Part shown: positions 62,440 through 64,000 of the stretch, piece after piece | How positions within the stretch are numbered: position 1 is the first letter of the stretch | Layout: each line of letters opens with the position of its first letter | Origin: Mobula hypostoma | Taxonomy: Eukaryota | NCBI RefSeq assembly: GCF_963921235.1 | Contig: NC_086122.1 | Coordinates: forward strand, 24,490,001 to 24,554,000 | Length of the DNA: 64,000 nucleotides | Direction of reading: 5' to 3' | The notes under the pieces: generated by a model | The model's database searches: none | What the model was told of the DNA's origin: nothing | What the model saw: the letters and a program-made list of their open reading frames with translations, nothing else | Program-made: the position numbers and the translations under genes

Positions 62440-62770
62440 CTCCATACCAAGTTCTTTCCTATGGTGGGGAAGTCTAAGACCAGAGGGCACAGCCTCAGCT
62501 TAGTGGGGCGTCCTTTTAGAATGGAGATGAGGAGGAATTTCTTTAGCCAGAGTAGTGAAGCTGTGGAATTCGTTGGTACAGGCAGCTGTGGAGGCCAAGT
62601 CATTGGGTATATTTCAGGCAAAGGTTGACAGATTCTTGGTTAGTCAAGGCATGAAGGGATACGGGGAGAGGGGCAGGAGGTTGGGGCTGAGAAGGAAAAT
62701 GGATCAGCCATGATGAAATGGGAGAGCAGACTAGATGGGCCAAATGGCCCAATTCTGCTCCTATATCTGA
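62440..62770 (+). mobile_element. CR1 3' fragment followed by a Penelope-end remnant (62770-62845)
   Basis: SKTRGHSL..FRMEMRRNFFSQ; then ggaactcagcaggtcaggcagcatct..gtcaacgtttc..cctgatgaagg. Confidence 0.75.
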
Positions 62771-63689
62771 AGGAACTCAGCAGGTCAGGCAGCATCTATG
62801 GAAAGAATAAAGAGTCAACGTTTCAGATCAAGTCCCTGATGAAGGCATTACAAGTATCATTACCTTTTAATTTGCGTGTTTCTTCCTGTTTTGTGGGGGG
62901 TGGGGGCACAATGCAAGCGCATTAGCTGTACTGTGCTCTTTAGATTAATCTGGATAAGAAACTCAGCAAGTTAAAGAATCTGCAGACACTTTTGTTTGTT
63001 GAAGGTTTAAATGGAAGTCAACAAGGACTGAAGTTGGAAACTTGATTTCCAAGCGAGCATTGAGAATTTGGATGGCAATCTGAACATGAACTGCTCAGAT
63101 TTGTAGTTAATGTAAACTAAATGCTGACAATGCCAGTGAAAGGCAAATTAAAATTCAATCAAAAGAAATATTCACACAAAAAGTGCAATCAGCCCATGGG
63201 CCCATCTTCAGGGAAGACCAATCAGATGAGTGATTAGCTCAGTGCAGATAAGATGGGCTGAAGAGCTTGTTCCTATCCTGTGCTGTTCTATAGAATTATA
63301 ACTTTTATAGAATTATGGAGTTATAAAATGTCAATGAGTGGTACAGTGTAGAAACAGGCCATTTGGCCCATCATGTCCATGACAACCTTCCTGCTCATCC
63401 AGATTAATCCAATTTGTGAGCTTTATGTCTTGCCTATGTAAGTGCCTGACTAAATATCTCTTTAAAGTATTGATTGTGTCTGACTCTATCGCCTCCACTC
63501 TCTGTGTTAAAAATACTTTCTCCTCAAATCCCCTTTAAAAGTCCTTCCTCTCACTTTAAACCAAAGCCCTTTTATTTTTGATACCCCTATTGTGAGGAGA
63601 AAGTGTCTGACTATCTGTCCTATCTATGAGCACAAAACCCAGAGTGCAGAGCTGCTACGTCCATTCCACACTGACACATGGAAGCGAAT

Positions 63690-64000
63690 GTTAGACAGTG
63701 TCAAAGCAAACTGAGGGAAGACTCGAAGCTACAGACATGTGGTTTTTGAGAAAAATGGTGAAGATATCGTGGAAGGACAGAGCAATGAATGAGGAAGTGT
63801 TGTGAAAAGCCAGAATAAGAGGGAAGTGATAGCATCAATCAGGAAACGGCAGCTGGAATTCCTGAGATGTACTGAGGAAAGAGAAACTCAAACAGCTTGT
63901 GGGAAAATATGATGGAAGAAAAAGTTGTATTCAACATCATGATTTACTTCAGTGGATGGACAGGCAAAAGTTTTGAAGAACTTATTAGAACTTCTCAGAT
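63690..64000 (+). mobile_element. RTE LINE RT C-terminal remnant
   Basis: LEATDMWFLRKMVKISWKDRAMNEEVL..IRKRQLEFL. Confidence 0.7.

Overview
Eukaryotic, repeat-rich vertebrate DNA, most likely from a cartilaginous fish (ray or shark), judging by HE1/V-SINE-like SINEs, abundant CR1 LINEs and Penelope-like elements. The only host gene I recognise is a single-coding-exon cannabinoid receptor on the minus strand (CB2/CNR2-like, ATG at 26244, stop at 25171). It has a splice acceptor at 26395 and a candidate non-coding first exon and promoter about 18 kb upstream (about 44290-44380), with a consensus NF-kB site in a CpG-rich region. The rest is mostly layered mobile DNA: CR1, Rex/Babar and RTE LINE fragments, a decayed Gypsy element, solo LTRs, a full-length defective Tc1, MITEs and SINEs. 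The most interesting signal is a Penelope-like (Neptune-type, RT plus GIY-YIG) family. Its 3' region carries a minimal hammerhead ribozyme with no stem-III loop, followed by a structured tail. It has also left several short, TSD-flanked, asymmetric fold-back insertions whose strand-switch points cluster at the ribozyme. All calls were made by eye. Repeat boundaries are approximate unless TSDs or TIRs are cited.
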